From the IMG/VR virus record IMGVR_UViG_3300032212_000692, positions 1 to 46,376 of that record: a stretch of DNA of 46,376 nucleotides; one strand, given 5' to 3'. The position numbers and the translations under genes are program-made. Below the pieces are notes generated by a model that was not told where the DNA came from, did not search any database, and saw nothing but the letters and a program-made list of their open reading frames with translations. Within the stretch, counting starts at the first letter, position 1; each line of letters begins with the position of its first letter. Of this stretch, positions 45,062-46,376 are shown piece after piece. The DNA is from a virus. Taxonomy: Duplodnaviria > Caudoviricetes.

Positions 45062-45948
45062 GCGGCGCGGAAGAGGGGCTGCTGGCGCATTTGCAGACCG
45101 GGGCCAGCGAGGTTGCCCGGTGTTGGCGCGTGACGCGCGCCGATGGGGTGACCCATGGCTTTACCGATCACGATGTCGCGCTGGCGTTTGATGGCACCAT
45201 GTTCAAGGCCGATACCGGGCTGTCGGCGGCGGCGCTGAGCCAGACCACGGGCCTGTCGGTAGACAATACCGAGGCCGTTGGCGCGCTGAGCGATGCTGCG
45301 ATCACCGAGGAGGATATTCTGGCCGGGCGGTTTGATGGCGCGGTGGTGGAGGCCTGGCTGGTCAACTGGTCGGCCCCGGAAAACCGGGCGCTGCAATTCA
45401 AGGGCTCGTTCGGGGAGCTTGAGCGTCAGGGCGGGGCATTTCAGGTTGAACTGCGTGGCCTGGCCGAGCCGATGAACCGGCCTGAGGGGCGGGTCTATCA
45501 ACGGCCCTGTTCGGCTATCTTGGGCGATGCGGCCTGTGGCTTTGACCTCGCGACCCCGGGATATGCCCATGAAGGCGCGGTGAGCCGGATCGATGAGGAT
45601 CGGGTTTTGGTCTTTGACGGGCTCAACGAGTATTCGCCGCGCTGGTTTGAGCGTGGGCGGCTGACGGTGCTGTCGGGGGCCGCTGAGGGGCTGATTGGTG
45701 TCATCAAGAACGACCGGTTTGCGGGCGGAGAACGCCGCGTCGAGCTGTGGGAGGAGCTGCGCGCAGAGCTTGCCGCGGGCGATCTCGTGCGCCTTGAGGC
45801 GGGCTGTGACAAACGGTTGGAAACCTGTCGTCTGAAGTTCTCCAACATTCTGAATTTTCAGGGATTCCCTGATATTCCGGGTGATGATTGGGTGATGGCC
45901 TATCCCGGTCGGGGATCCGCGCCTTCGGGTGGCGGCAGCTTGCGATGA
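45058..45948 (+). CDS. GTA g13 DUF2163 baseplate hub
   Basis: GFTDHD, CSAILGDAAC, GCDKR..C..KF.N..NFQGFP. Confidence 0.92.
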   Translation: MSGAEEGLLAHLQTGASEVARCWRVTRADGVTHGFTDHDVALAFDGTMFKADTGLSAAALSQTTGLSVDNTEAVGALSDAAITEEDILAGRFDGAVVEAWLVNWSAPENRALQFKGSFGELERQGGAFQVELRGLAEPMNRPEGRVYQRPCSAILGDAACGFDLATPGYAHEGAVSRIDEDRVLVFDGLNEYSPRWFERGRLTVLSGAAEGLIGVIKNDRFAGGERRVELWEELRAELAAGDLVRLEAGCDKRLETCRLKFSNILNFQGFPDIPGDDWVMAYPGRGSAPSGGGSLR

Positions 45949-46376
45949 GCACGGTGATCGAGGTGGCGCGAGGCTGGATCGGCACGCCTTATGTGCATCA
46001 GGCCTCAAGCCCCGGTGCGGGGGCTGACTGTCTGGGTCTGGTACGGGGTGTGTGGCGTGACGTGTTCGGCACGGAGCCTGAACCCGTGCCCGCCTATACG
46101 CGCGACTGGTCCGAGCCGCAGGGCGATGAGCGGCTTTGGCGCGCTGCACTAAGGCATCTGAGGCCGAAGCCCCTGTCTGGGGCGGCGGCAGGCGATCTGC
46201 TGTTGTTCCGCATGCGTCGCGGGGCAGTTGCTAAACATCTGGGGGTGCAGGCCGAAACCGGCATCAGCCCCACATTCATCCATGCCTATAGTGGCCATGG
46301 AGTTGTCGAAAGTGCCCTGACGCCGCCTTGGGAGCGGCGCATCGTGGCGCGTTTTGCGTTTCCGGAAAGGACCTGA
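45945..46376 (+). CDS. GTA g14 NlpC/P60 cell wall peptidase
   Basis: WIGTPYVHQAS, DCLGLVRG, AKHLG, FIHAY. Confidence 0.92.
   Translation: MSTVIEVARGWIGTPYVHQASSPGAGADCLGLVRGVWRDVFGTEPEPVPAYTRDWSEPQGDERLWRAALRHLRPKPLSGAAAGDLLLFRMRRGAVAKHLGVQAETGISPTFIHAYSGHGVVESALTPPWERRIVARFAFPERT

Larger units (their letters stand above)
36367..46376 (+). other. RcGTA-like gene transfer agent head-tail cluster (g1-g14; g15 expected beyond the window)
   Basis: Canonical RcGTA gene order and sizes, very short tape measure, no replication or integration genes. Confidence 0.95.

Overview
High-GC alphaproteobacterial (Rhodobacteraceae/Roseobacter-like) window containing two adjacent, divergent phage-derived elements. 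(1) About 1..36157, mostly minus strand: an apparently complete transposable Mu-like prophage. It has a repressor/cro switch, a ParB-like gene, MuA and MuB, DUF3164, GemA, a Mor/C-like activator, a GH108 endolysin plus holin, Mu-type head genes, a P2-type contractile tail, and a DNA adenine methylase plus DUF5131 at the mom position. Its repressor-side end appears to be ...TGTCCCATAACA at 36157, and I could not find the other end in the window. (2) 36367..46376, plus strand: an RcGTA-like gene transfer agent cluster (g1-g14), whose putative promoter region starts a few bp from the prophage end. The strongest lead is in the head module: the MuF/gpF protein carries a C-terminal PBECR-like RNase domain and is followed by no immunity gene. 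Instead a ~67-nt tRNA-like, pseudoknotted small RNA with its own sigma70-type promoter converges on its stop codon, which makes this a candidate RNase-toxin/RNA-antitoxin pair. The same module also holds a variant initiator tRNA and a second structured RNA. All protein family calls come from motif recognition and gene order; no database searches were run.
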